Below are positions 51,978-64,000 of a stretch of DNA of 64,000 bases, one piece after another (the stretch's first letter is position 1; each line of letters begins with the position of its first letter). The stretch lies in NCBI RefSeq assembly GCF_006345805.1, contig NC_043003.1, positions 34,472,001-34,536,000 of the forward strand. The letters are read 5' to 3'. The notes under the pieces were generated by a model. That model was not told the origin of the DNA and did no database searches. It saw nothing but the letters and a program-made list of their open reading frames with translations. This DNA is from Octopus sinensis (lineage: Eukaryota). A program made the position numbers and the translations under genes.

Positions 51978-52054
51978 TTAATATGCGTGTGAGTCGAACC
52001 CAGAGCCCGTTATTATCACGATAAGTGTGATAACCGATCGTACCAACATGCACG
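51978..52054 (-). other. Degenerate tRNA-like sequence (pseudo-tRNA or SINE head) between ~55 bp direct repeats
   Basis: Minus strand reads gtgcatgttggtacgatcggtt..ctgggttcgactcacacgcat, with an A-box-like and a B box and an imperfect acceptor stem. Direct repeats at ~51825-51878 and ~52114-52170. Confidence 0.45.
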
Positions 52055-52531
52055 CCTAACTTTTCGCGTTAACTTTTAGGAACTGTGATTTCAAAGCCGC
52101 AAGTGTGCAAACATATGCGTATTCTGCCGTAAGTTAAGCAACGATGATGGGTGAAAATTTTGTAAAGATATATATATATATATATATATTTCTCTCGTAG
52201 CTTGACCTTACGTGTTCTGTCTCTGCCTTCGAAACACGTGTCTGCTAGCGACAGCTGATGAAGGGGATTTTTCCTTGTGCAGTATGTCCTGTACTTCGTT
52301 TTTCTGCTGCACATAATTGTTTTTCCCGTTTTCGTTTTTGTTTCGTCTTGTTCCACGTCTCTGTCCTTCTGTTGTAACAAAATGTCTTCTCCGTTTTCAT
52401 TCTGTTGATTTTTTCGTCTTCCTGTGATGTCCTGTACGTATATATATATTTATATATGCATGTATATATACATGTAGATGTCGGTACGTACATATGTTTG
52501 TATGTATGCATATATTTTATTTATTACGCTA

Positions 52532-52563
<32 letters not shown>

Positions 52564-52606
52564 CTATATATATATATATATATTATATATATATAATATA
52601 TATATA

Positions 52607-52671
<65 letters not shown>

Positions 52672-52744
52672 ATATATATAATTATATATATATATATAAT
52701 ATATATATATATTATATATATTCACACACACACAGAGACGTCGT

Positions 52745-53170
52745 TCTATGGTAAGAAGCTTGCTTCTCAACCACATGGTTTCGGGTTCAGTCCCACTGCG
52801 TGACACTTCCGGCAGGTGTCTATACTATAGCCTCAGGCCGAATGAAGCCTTTTGAGTTGGTCTGGTAGACGGAAACTGAAAAAAAGCCCGTCGTATGTGT
52901 GTGTGTTTGTTCCCCCGCCATCGCATGCCAACAGATGTTGGTGTGTTTACGTGCTCGTAACTTAGCGGTTCGACAAAAGAACCGATAGAATAAGTACAAG
53001 GCTTACAAAGAATAAGTCATGGGGTCGATTTGTTCAACTAAAGGCTGCAGTCAAATGAATGAAACAAATAAAAGAATAAAAGAGTATTTGTATATATCGA
53101 TGTGTGCTTATCTTTGTGTCTGTGTTTGTTCCACCATCACCGCTTGACAACCGGTGCTGGTGTGTTTACG
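52745..53170 (+). mobile_element. SINE family B plus a short duplicated internal fragment
   Basis: tggtaagaagcttgcttctcaaccacatggtttcgggttcagtcccactgcgtg..gtcaaatgaatgaaacaaataaaaga. Confidence 0.85.
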
Positions 53171-53899
53171 CGCACAGATACATACATGCATACATACACA
53201 AACACATACATACATACATTGTTGAAATTTATAGAAAAACAAAAGAAGACAGGTGTATGAACAACAAGCAAGTGTATTAGTTTGACGCTCGGGAAAAATG
53301 AAAAAGTCTTTCACGTTCAGAGCATACGTTCTTCAACAGAAAGGAATAAGAGAAAATAAACAGAGAGAGAGAGAAAGAGAAAGTTTTAAAAAACTTGTAG
53401 ATTTCACCGGCCCAACTTGGCAAATGATTGGAAAAAATGAGATTGAAAGAATATATATATATACACACACAATTATTTTCAGTTTTACTTAATTTCGTTG
53501 TAGTGATCATACATACGCTTTGGAATGTGAAAATGCTTTATCGTGCTTTTAACAACTGTACAGATCGCCTGCACATCGTAATGCAGGTAGGAATCACAAT
53601 TCTATAAAATATATTACATCTGCGAGGCGGCCATCGTTGAAAAATCTTATTCAGAGTAATATCAGTATTGACCTTAAGCTATATAATAAAAACAATATCC
53701 TCTTCTGCAATTCTTTGACCTTGTACCAAATAAAAATGCAATGACTTGGCAGAAAACTTTGGACACTGTTCAAAATGCTCTGCGGTATATATTTATATTT
53801 TTGTACGCTCTTAGGTCAAACTTCGCAGGTGTCAGTAAAATAAACACTGCATCCATACTATAAACACCATTCAAGATTTTTGAGCCATTCTAATTGTTA

Positions 53900-54995
53900 A
53901 TATTGGTTTCAAATTTTGGCACAAAGCCAGTAGTTTCAGTGAATGGAGTAAGTCGATTACATCGATTCCAGTGATCAGCTGGTACTTATTTTATCCACCC
54001 TGAAAGTATGAAAGGCAAAGACGACCTCAGCCGAATTTGAACTCAGAACGTAAAGATGGACGAAGTTCTGCGAAACATTTTGTCTGGCATGTTAACAATT
54101 CTGTTTGCTCACCGCCTTAATTTAGTCGCTGATAATCGTTTTAAATTTTGACACTCCTCTCCCCACAGTGTTCAACTGATAATTATTTTTTAGAACCCGA
54201 AAGTATAAAAGACAATGTAGACCTCAGCGGAATGCACACTCAGAACATATAGACAGATGAAATGCAATATGACCGGCGTGTTAACAATTCTGCCTGTTTG
54301 CCGATTTGAGCTTCATCCGACGACCTAGCAGAATCGTTAGCATGCCGGATATATTATTTTGCGGTTATTTTCGTCCGTCTTTAGGTTTTGAGTTCAAATT
54401 CCGCTGAGGTCGATTTTACCTTTCGTCCTCTCGGGTTTGATGAAGTAAGTACCAGATGAACACTGAGGCGGGTGGTCGATGAAATCGACTTAGCCGCCCC
54501 CCCGGTCTTGCTGGCCTTGTGCCAAAATTTGAAACCAATATAAAGAATAATGGTAATGGAAAAAAGTTGGTAGAATCATTACCGCGGCGGATAAAAAGCT
54601 TAGCGGTGTAACTACAGTTTTACGTGCTTTACGTTCAAATACCGTTTAGATCGATTTGCTCTTCAGCCTTTCGGGGTTAATATAATAAATACCAGTTGAG
54701 CACTGGGGTGGATGGAATCGATTAACGCCCTTCCCAAAACATTCAGGTCTTGTGCCTATAATAAAAAGAAATAATGGCTTCAAATTTTGGCACAATGCCA
54801 ACATGTTTCTGGAGGGAGGCGTAAGTTGATTACAACGATACCAGTGATATTCTGGTACTTATTCTATTGACTCTGAAAGGGTATGAAAGGCAAAGTGGAC
54901 CTCGGCGAAATTTGAACACAGAACATAAAGACGGACGAAATACCGTTAAACATTTCGCCTGGCTTGCTAACGATTCTGCCAGCGAAGTGCCTTAA
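53900..54995. mobile_element. Dense cluster of five older SINE A-related copies (-,-,+,+,-)
   Basis: Approximate spans 53900-54118, 54130-54305, 54320-54540, 54560-54770 and 54775-54995; each has B-box and core motifs. Confidence 0.78.
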
Positions 54996-56540
54996 TGTTA
55001 GAAAGAAATATTAGAAATAGTGATTCATTAGCTGAGATGGACGGGTCATTACTTGGACCATTAATCGTGATTTTTATTTTAAAACAATTTTATCACTCTC
55101 TATACACGGATTATTTGCTCTACCTCTTTGGAACTTGACATATTTAACCACTATTTGGGTGTTTAAACGAACAAAGTACATTATAAGAAAACAAAAATAA
55201 AATTGTTGCAATGGCTTATTATGGGATTCTAAGTTAAGAAAGAAGTAGAAAGCCTGAAGTTAATTCATTATGTCACTGTGACATTAACTGACATTTTAAT
55301 CCTAAATTATCTCATCAATCATCATTATTAGTAGCTTGAAATTATTTCTTCTACTTGTCGTTGTGTAAATTTGATCATCCGTATATTACCTCTGTGTGTA
55401 TATGTATGTGTGTATGTGCGTGTGTGCGTGCGTGTGAGTGTGTGTGTGAGTGTACATGTGTGTATACGAATATGCATACACACACACATATATATATATG
55501 CATGTATGTATATGTTTATATTTATGTAAGTGTATGAAATATGTGTATGTGAATATATGAGGGTGAATATAAGGCTGAGAAGAGGCAAATGCAAGGACAG
55601 AGAAAGAGACAGACAGACAGAGACGGATGGAGAGATAGGGACAGAGAAAAAACAAAAAGAAAGAAAGGAAGAAAGAAAGAGAGAAGAAAGAAAGGAAGAT
55701 AGAAAGAAAAAGATAATAAACAGAGAAGAAAATAACCAAAAGCACCTTTGAAGAGTTAATTAATATTCATACTATCGAGCATTACGTATTCCACACGAGT
55801 TCAAATCCCACTGGGTTCAACTATCCTTTCATTACCACAGGGTCAATAGAGTAAGTACAAGGCGTATACTGAAATCGATTCTGTCAACTATACATGTCTC
55901 ACACAAATGTGCAATGTTGACAATATACATACCTATATATATATATATATATACACATATATACATACATACATGCATATTTATATATGTATATGTGTGT
56001 ATATATATATGTGTGTGTGTGTGTATATATATACTGTGTGTAGGATGTGTGTGTGTGCGCGCGCGCGTGGTCAGAAATCGGTTAGGCATTCTTTATATAT
56101 TTCCTTATATCGTTACCCTCACTATATATCGTAGCTAGTAGCTAGGTATGACAACAGGATTTGCAATTTCAGGATTTGTAATTGTCAGCCCTGATCAAAC
56201 TGACCGTTAATCAGCGGCGTTGAAAATAGCCTTTCTTCTTTAGAGGTGTGATGAAGTACAATATTTCACTGTTATATATATATATATAGAACCGTTGAAT
56301 TAAGCAATACAACTTTGTTTCACCTTAGATTTGAAACTAGTATTATATATGTATGTATGTATATAGTATTCAATTTCAAAACCTTTCTATATGAGTGCAT
56401 CTGTGTTGTGTGTGTGTATGTTTGTTGTGTGCCGTAACTAGTTATATTAAAAGAAGCACAGCATTGTCAATAAGCCAAATGTGAATATAATACACGAACA
56501 AATGTGAGAAATTAACGGAATGAATGGAAAACAACACAAG

Positions 56541-56595
56541 GTGGTGCCCCAGCATGGCCACAGCTCATGAGCTGAAACTAGAATCAATCAATCAA
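56541..56595 (+). mobile_element. Ultra-short retroposon 3' tail (second copy)
   Basis: gtggtgccccagcatggccacagctcatgagctgaaactagaatcaatcaatcaa. Confidence 0.75.
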
Positions 56596-56656
56596 AAGGA
56601 AAAATGAAAGAAAATGGAAATTGGATCAACAATCAATCAATCACCCAGTGAATCAG

Positions 56657-56742
<86 letters not shown>

Positions 56743-57733
56743 AAACAGAAAGAGAAAAATTGATGGAAATAAGAATGAGTTGAAGAAAATTTTAAATTAG
56801 TTCTATCCAACGAAAGAAAAGTAAAAAGTAAAAGTGAAGAATATCAGAAAAGAAAACAGGGTTAGAATGTCCGAATAATAAAAGAAATATGTCGAAAATC
56901 AAAATTCCACTTACTCACCACCCACCCACCCACCAAAAGTCAACATGATAGAAAACATGGAAATAATAAAAGAAAAAAAATAAATAGAGCAAAGTCAAAA
57001 AAACCTAATTAAAAGAATCAAGCAATCGCACATATAGTTCATATTTAAGGGGCGGTGTGAGAAAGCTGACTTCATGTGTCGCCTGATCAATTGTCTACAG
57101 TTGTTGCTTCTGGCTAAAAGCAAGAAATATTTGCAATTGTTTCTTGTTTTGTTAATATCTTTATATTTAATTATATACTTTATTATTTATTTTTATATGT
57201 TGTCGTAGCCACATCGGCAATATAGTTATTTGTTTCGTATTGGTTTGCCATCATTTTATTTTCATTTTATTATTTTTTTTTTTTTACCCCGGAACTCTCA
57301 ATTGATTTTCCTTGCTTGTCTTTATATTTCTGTTTTCAATTATAAGATTCAGTAATAGATGAGTCCTTAGAAAGGGAAAAAAGCATAATATCTGCTCTAA
57401 GTTTCGCCATCATTATATACGTTAATATCTGAAGGTCTCATCAGGATCACATACAGTGTCCTCGCTTATATTATCAACATCATCATTGTTACCATCACCA
57501 CGAGCCAATGAGAAAGCTTCTACGTGGTCAGTCAACCTGCTGGAAGGGGCAAATATATCTTTTACATATCCTACACTGCAGTCAGAGAAAAGAGATGGAC
57601 ATATCTCGTCATTTACATCCAAACAAAATGAGCACATATAATCGTAGATATACGAATAATACATGGATGAAACATATTTGATCTTAAATCTGGACAATCA
57701 GAAAACGCCGAGGACTGAACAAGACTCAGAGTG

Positions 57734-58025
57734 GCACTCCGTCGGTTACTACGAAGAGTGTTCCAGTTGATCCCATCACGGAACAACCTGCTCGGAAAAT
57801 TAACATGCAAGTAGCTGAGCATTCCACAGACGTGAGTACCCTTTACGTAGAACGGTACGCGTGTCAGTAAGATTTAGCATGAAACAGAATGTGACTAGGC
57901 TGGCCCTTTGAAATACAGACGCTACTCATTTTTGCCAGCTAAGTGTACTGGAGCAAAATAAAGCTCCTTGGTCAAGTACACAACGCGCTGCCAGGTATCG
58001 ATCACACGGTCGTATGGTCGTTAGC
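57734..58025 (-). mobile_element. Diverged SINE sharing the family C 3' half
   Basis: gcactccgtcggttactacga..ttccagttgatcc..cggaacaacctgctcggaaattaac..gctgagcattccacagac..ctggccctttgaaatacag. Confidence 0.75.
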
Positions 58026-58029
58026 CGAA

Positions 58030-58333
58030 TACCCAAACCAGTAAGCCGCCGACCAGACTAACAGATGTTGTTGTACATCGCTGGTCACAATGTGCTTCCT
58101 CGCATTGTTGACACTCTTGAATGATATCACCACGCTAGGAAGGCGGACAGGCAAACATACGCCCTGAACGGAACGCCAGTCCATCGCAGAGTTTCCATCT
58201 ACAGGTGAGTGGACTGGAGTAACTTGAAAAGTAGTGCTTGCTCAATAACACAACATGGCACTTGTAAGGAATCGAAACTACGATCTCACGGCCATTAGTG
58301 TAACACCCCAACGTCCAGGTCAAACGCGCCTTC
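58030..58333 (-). mobile_element. Old tRNA-derived SINE with CORE-like and V-domain-like segments
   Basis: Minus strand reads gaaggcgcg..gtttcgattcc..gttgtgttattgagcaagcact..ctgcgatggactggcgttccgttcaggg. Confidence 0.6.
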
Positions 58334-59103
58334 ATCCACCTATAACCCCACATATATGAAATAGGACAGAATTCATACAAAACTGACCACAATTTTTATT
58401 TCATTTCTTCTTCTGAGTAGATGAATTATGCTTTCAGCTTATTCGGAATATAATCTCCATCTCCGATATATTTCTATCGCTACGACAAAACAAAAAAAGA
58501 TAATCACTCAGGTGGTATCAAAAATATTCAATGATAATGCGAGAATAATTGGGTCTACACATTCGTAAAAACATTACCTGATAGAGGTCAAGGAATGTTC
58601 CATAATCAGTCACTGGAAGTTTGAATAGAAATGTGGAACGAGCATTTCTCCGGCATAGGAAGTCAACTTCCGACTTCCTGCTTGTTTTCAACTTTCGCTA
58701 TTTACGCATAATTTTATCCTTCGTGTCTTGCACTTGTTTCAGTTATTAGAATGCGGATATGCATGAGACACTAAAGGGTTTAGTCAATTAGATGGGTTCC
58801 AATGCATATTTTACTAAGTCTAATTCGTATTCTTTCGTTCTCTTATTGTTCAACCGGTAGGTGGAGTGGCATAAACAAACCAACACCTGTATTCAAAGTG
58901 CGGCAAGAAGAAACGAGAAAATGAGCGCGCATACATACACACATATATCTATACATACATAAATTCATATATATATATATACATGTATACACTCACACAC
59001 ACACACACGTATGTATGTGTTTGTGTGTGTATGTGTGTGTGTGTATGTGTGTGTATGTTTGTGTGTGTATGTGTGTGTGTATGTGTGTGTTTGTTTGTGT
59101 GAT

Positions 59104-59142
<39 letters not shown>

Positions 59143-59837
59143 CTAATCTATGTATATGACAGATACCACTCGGTTTTTCTGTCTACTTAATTCATTCACA
59201 AGACATTTATCTGAAAGTCATTTCGCAACAAATATATCGCCAATAAGTTTGCAACCTTATAACGAAGTAAATATTCTTAATTATTTAATTGGCCAGTACT
59301 GAATCAGCAGAATTGGTATTACATATACAGTACTATATGTAATAATTATTTTTCATCTTCCAACTTGAGTTCAGACCCTAGCCAGAATGTTAAAATAAGT
59401 ACCAGTCAAGAACAGGTGTCGATTAAATCATCGATAACCATTCCCGAAAATTTTTAGTCGGTGATTTGCTCACATTTTAGATATCAATGTAAAGGAATGG
59501 TAAGATCTATTATTTAGTCTCATCTGGCTAGATTCTGTGTCCAAATATCGCCATGTGATAAAATAATTAACGGCGATACGCTGAGTCAGGTCAGTAAAAT
59601 AGAAAATCATGTGAGGTGATACTGCTGTGTCATCTGTCGAAGTGAGGACTAATGACTTAGGAGAGGAACTACGTTGTATCAGTAACATCACCTATATACA
59701 TCATATATGTTATATCTATGCCATATTACATGATTATTATCCATGGTGGCAATAGAAACACTTCCAAAGTTATTCATTTTATGACGCATAACTCTCTATT
59801 TTCAAATACGTATAAATGTTGTCTATGCCGAACTATT

Positions 59838-60041
59838 CACGCCGGGCGAAATACGTAGCCGTATTTCGTCTGCCGTTACGTTCTGAGTTCAAATTCCGCC
59901 GAGGTCGACTTTGCTTTTCATCTTTTCGGGGTCGATAAATTAAGTACCAGTTACGCACTGGGGTCGATGTAATCGACTTAATTTGTTTGTCTGTCCTTGT
60001 TTGTCCCCTCTATGTTTAGCCCCTTGTGGGTAATAAAGAAA
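59838..60041 (+). mobile_element. Young SINE family A, slightly 5'-truncated
   Basis: cacgccgggcgaaatacg..gagttcaaattccgccgaggtcgac..ccccttgtgggtaataaagaa. Confidence 0.9.
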
Positions 60042-60043
60042 CA

Positions 60044-60111
<68 letters not shown>

Positions 60112-60209
60112 AGTCTGTCTATCTATCAATACACACACACATGTATATGTATGTTGTATATATATATATATACATCAACACACATACACACATATATGTA
60201 TGTTGTATG

Positions 60210-60243
<34 letters not shown>

Positions 60244-60980
60244 ATAATATTATATATAATATATATATATATACATACATACATACATACATACACACAC
60301 ACTCACACACACATATATATGAAGAAAACGAACAGTAGACATAAACACAAGGAGTTTCTTGCTGAAGGACAAGTTCAAAGACAATAACAACAACATCAAT
60401 AATGATTGCTTCCTTCTTTAGAGCTGCGGCCATTGCTTTTATTTTGTCGCTGCTGCTACTACTAATACTACTACTACTACTACTGGAGAAAAGTCTTCCG
60501 ATTAGAATAAGATTTTTCGTTCCAGTATCTCTGATAATGTTACAACAACAGCATCACTCCACCTTCCACATTTTAGTTCCGTATAAAAGAAAAAAAATAT
60601 ATAAAAATGCAATGAAAGAAGTGAAAAGCCACAAAAAAAAAATAATGCATAGGACTCCAACTACAAGTTTTTGCTGAGTGAATTGATTGGTATTTTGTCA
60701 TTGGCCCAGAAGGGGGAAGTATAGATAATGGTGTGTAGAGATGTGCCCATTGAATGTTTAAAAGATTATTCTGGAGTGACAGGACGATTAGAAAAAAAAA
60801 ATAAATAAATAAATGTAGGGCGATGTTAAATTATGTATATTCTTTTTTTTTCCTTTCTTTTTAACGTTTAGTTTGTTCAATGAAATAACAGTGCAGGGAG
60901 ATTTTAAAGTAGTACAAATATATTGGCGCAGGAAGTGAATTCCTCAGCTCCTGAGTGAGTTAGTGACAGTATATATATAT

Positions 60981-61036
<56 letters not shown>

Positions 61037-61167
61037 TATATATATATATGTACATATATATATATACATATATATATATGTACATATATATATATTATAT
61101 ATATATATATATATATGTACTATATATATATATGTACTATATATATATAACATATATATATATGTAC

Positions 61168-61198
<31 letters not shown>

Positions 61199-61459
61199 AA
61201 CACAGAGGAGAAAGAGAGAGATAGTGAAGCAAAGAAGAGCGCCAGCGCCATAGAGATCATGAAAGAGAGATAAAAGAGATAGGAGAGAGGGATAGAAAGA
61301 AGGAGAGAAAGAGAGAGAGGGAGAGAGAGAGAGAGAAGAGGGGGGACTAGAAATGAGGAGTAAATTAAGTTAGCAATTTTTTTCCCAATTTTTTTTTTCA
61401 ACCCATTTCAATCTTCCGTTTGTTTTACTGTCTTTTTTTTTTGTACAAAAATCTACTTT

Positions 61460-61783
61460 GTTACTTGTGATTCGTTTCTTTTCATTTAACTCTTTAACTT
61501 TTATTTTATCAAATCTCTCTCTCTCACTCTCTCTCTCCCTCTGTCTGTCTGTGTGTCTATCTGCATCACCCTCTCTCTATCTCTATCCCTCTTCCTCCGT
61601 CCCCTATCTTTATCTCGCTCTGTCTTGCTTTTTCTCTTTCTCCCCTTCTGAATACTTTTCCAATCCTTTTACTCTCCCATTTTATCAATATTTCTCTAAG
61701 ATTTTTAACTTTTTAACTTTTTCTTAACATATACACATATACACATATACACACACAAAGTCACACACACACATACACACAGC

Positions 61784-61814
<31 letters not shown>

Positions 61815-62170
61815 ACTTTCTTTTTCTTTCTCTTCTTTCACTTTCTTCGTAGTCTTCTTTCTTGCTCTTGTTACTGTTTCAATTCTTTATCTTCTTTTAA
61901 CTTTCTGCCACATTCGGTTTCTCGCCCTTCACCCTACCCCCTCTCCTCTCTCTCTCGCGCATCCACTCTCTGACGCTCATCATTCTTATTTGTTCAAAAA
62001 TTCTTCTTTGTATCTTTTTTTAAATATTTACTCACCTCTTTTAAACTGACATTTCTTCTCTCTCTCCCTCTCTTTCTCTTTCTCTCTCTCTCTATCTCTC
62101 TCTCTCTCTCTTCTATCTCTGTGTTCCATCTCTTACTAACCTAAACTCTACACTTGTACATTTTCTCTAA
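61460..62170 (+). repeat. Long pyrimidine-rich low-complexity tract
   Basis: (CT)n and T-rich, preceded by a purine tract at 61200-61360. Confidence 0.8.
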
Positions 62171-62663
62171 TTCTTCATTACCAACATTTCGTTACAAATT
62201 AAAAAGATATGAAACGAAAACTAACAAAAAAGGAAAAAAAAAACTTCCTTTCCTCACATTTCCTCTATTTTAAAACTGAACTAACACAGCAAAGCATTTT
62301 TTAAAACTCCTCTCAGCATCTCCACGATTTTAAACCATCATCACTACATGAGATGCTTGCCAGTATAATTTTCCATTGTGTATTTAAACATAGCTGTCAA
62401 AATCTCCCGTTCGCTTCTCTTGCTTATGAGCCGTATCTCACAGATATATTTTTTATACGAGAAATAGTGAATAATAAGGTCGTTAATTACAGGTTTGCAG
62501 CAGGAAAATCAATGAGTAACTGCATTTCTGATAGCCAGAATTACAAGCGCGTGCCTGTAAGTTGATATGATATGGTATGTCTGAAAGGTCTTCGTTCGTA
62601 GAACAGCAGAATTTCGGTTTACTCACTGGTGTAAACATCGTTTATCGATATGCATTGGCAAAT

Positions 62664-62717
<54 letters not shown>

Positions 62718-63674
62718 ACACGTGGGCGCGCTTGCGTGTATATCAGTGATTGTGTAATCTAGAAGTCGTTGCTGGCCCAATCACATTGCACACCATCTTG
62801 GGGAAAAGTCTTCTATCAAAGTCTTGTGAATGAAATCTGACAGACGGGAACTGTATTGAAACCTTGACTCTACCGCTCCGCAGCTGTTTTCACTCTCTAT
62901 TTCCCTCCACCAGCACTCCTTTACGAACATTGCAACTACCAAATCCTGTAATATACACTTTCTGCCAGACGCACAAGTTGTGAATTTGGATGTTGGTTAA
63001 TCGGTTTCATAGACCCAGTGATTAACTGGTACATATCTCATTTTAAATCCTGCAATATTATATGACAGCAAGTTTTAGCTCGCACTTCAATCTTCTCTTG
63101 AAGTGATATTACATGCAAGTGGAGTTTTACAATAGAACTATCCAGTTCAATTTTTGCGAAAACTGGTGGGAGACCAAACAGCCACGCACATAGGAATCTA
63201 CTAACCGCTCTAGTTAATAATATTTCACGCACTTAATGTGAAATTAAGCGCGTTGACAAAATGTCATGTTGCTGAACACGACATCTTAAATATCCCTGCT
63301 AAACTAAAATTCTCAACAATACTTGAAGTCCTGTTTCATTTTGGCCTCAGCCACAATAACCCTCTTGACATCACTGAGGGGTAATACGTGGATACAGTTA
63401 AGGTTCATAATTACTGTTAGCCTAATCGCTCCTTATCCAACCAAACTCGTATTATGCATTGACAGTATTTTTTTCTTTGCTGCTTGGTGTATGTACTAAT
63501 AATTGCGGGAATAACTCATTCAACTTCAGCGGGAGAATTTTTGCCACTAAGTCTGTGGTATCACATAAAAAATGTTAACATTGGTGAGATTAATGAAAGT
63601 TCTCTGATCTTCACTCCTCCTCTGAGCAGCTTCTTTGAACTCTTAGTACATACATACATACATACATACATACA

Positions 63675-63706
<32 letters not shown>

Positions 63707-64000
63707 CATACATACATACATACATACATACATACATACATACATACATACATACATACATACACACAAACACACGCATGCATAAATACATACATACATA
63801 CTAACAAGTTTGTCTATGCTTATATGTATATGCGTAGGGATAATAGTTTTGAGTATCTGTCCTTTAATGCGAAAAAGAAATGAAACATAGAAATGAATAT
63901 TGACCCCTCAGAAATGCTAGTTTGCTGTTATTGTTTAGCCCATGGTAATTTTGCATGAGCAGACTTATAGTCAAATGCTTTGCATGCATGACCAGTTCAG

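Noticed and set aside
1-64000. The large majority of ORFs in the track ([20 protein letters not shown], poly-I/L/N)
   Set aside because: They are translations of microsatellites that lack stop codons in some frames; no domain content.

Overview
AT-rich eukaryotic DNA saturated with microsatellites ((TA)n, (CA)n, (GA)n, (TATC)n, (TATG)n, (TAA)n), with a 100-N scaffold gap at 42551-42650. The repeat complement looks like an Octopus (coleoid cephalopod) genome; this is my recognition, not a database result. I find no intact host protein-coding gene, and nearly all ORFs in the track are translated microsatellites, so the window is probably a large intron or gene desert. Identifiable content is mobile-element debris: at least four tRNA-derived SINE families, a 5'-truncated Dong/R4 retrotransposon in (TAA)n, a Penelope GIY-YIG remnant, a decayed Chapaev3-like transposase with its right end, a complete non-autonomous Helitron, two maT (DD37D) fragments, an RTE LINE fragment split by a Tc2/pogo-like insert, and many foldback/MITE palindromes. 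Most notable: (i) one SINE family repeatedly inserting at the same motif inside its own copies, (ii) a candidate hammerhead ribozyme with an intact core at 36743-36786, (iii) five foldbacks clustered at 13.4-17.5 kb, including a de novo palindrome centred on (TA)n, (iv) a near-identical inverted SINE pair as a possible ADAR substrate, and (v) a covarying 3' stem-loop shared by a SINE and ultra-short LINE-like tails. I cannot support a confidently new multi-gene system here.
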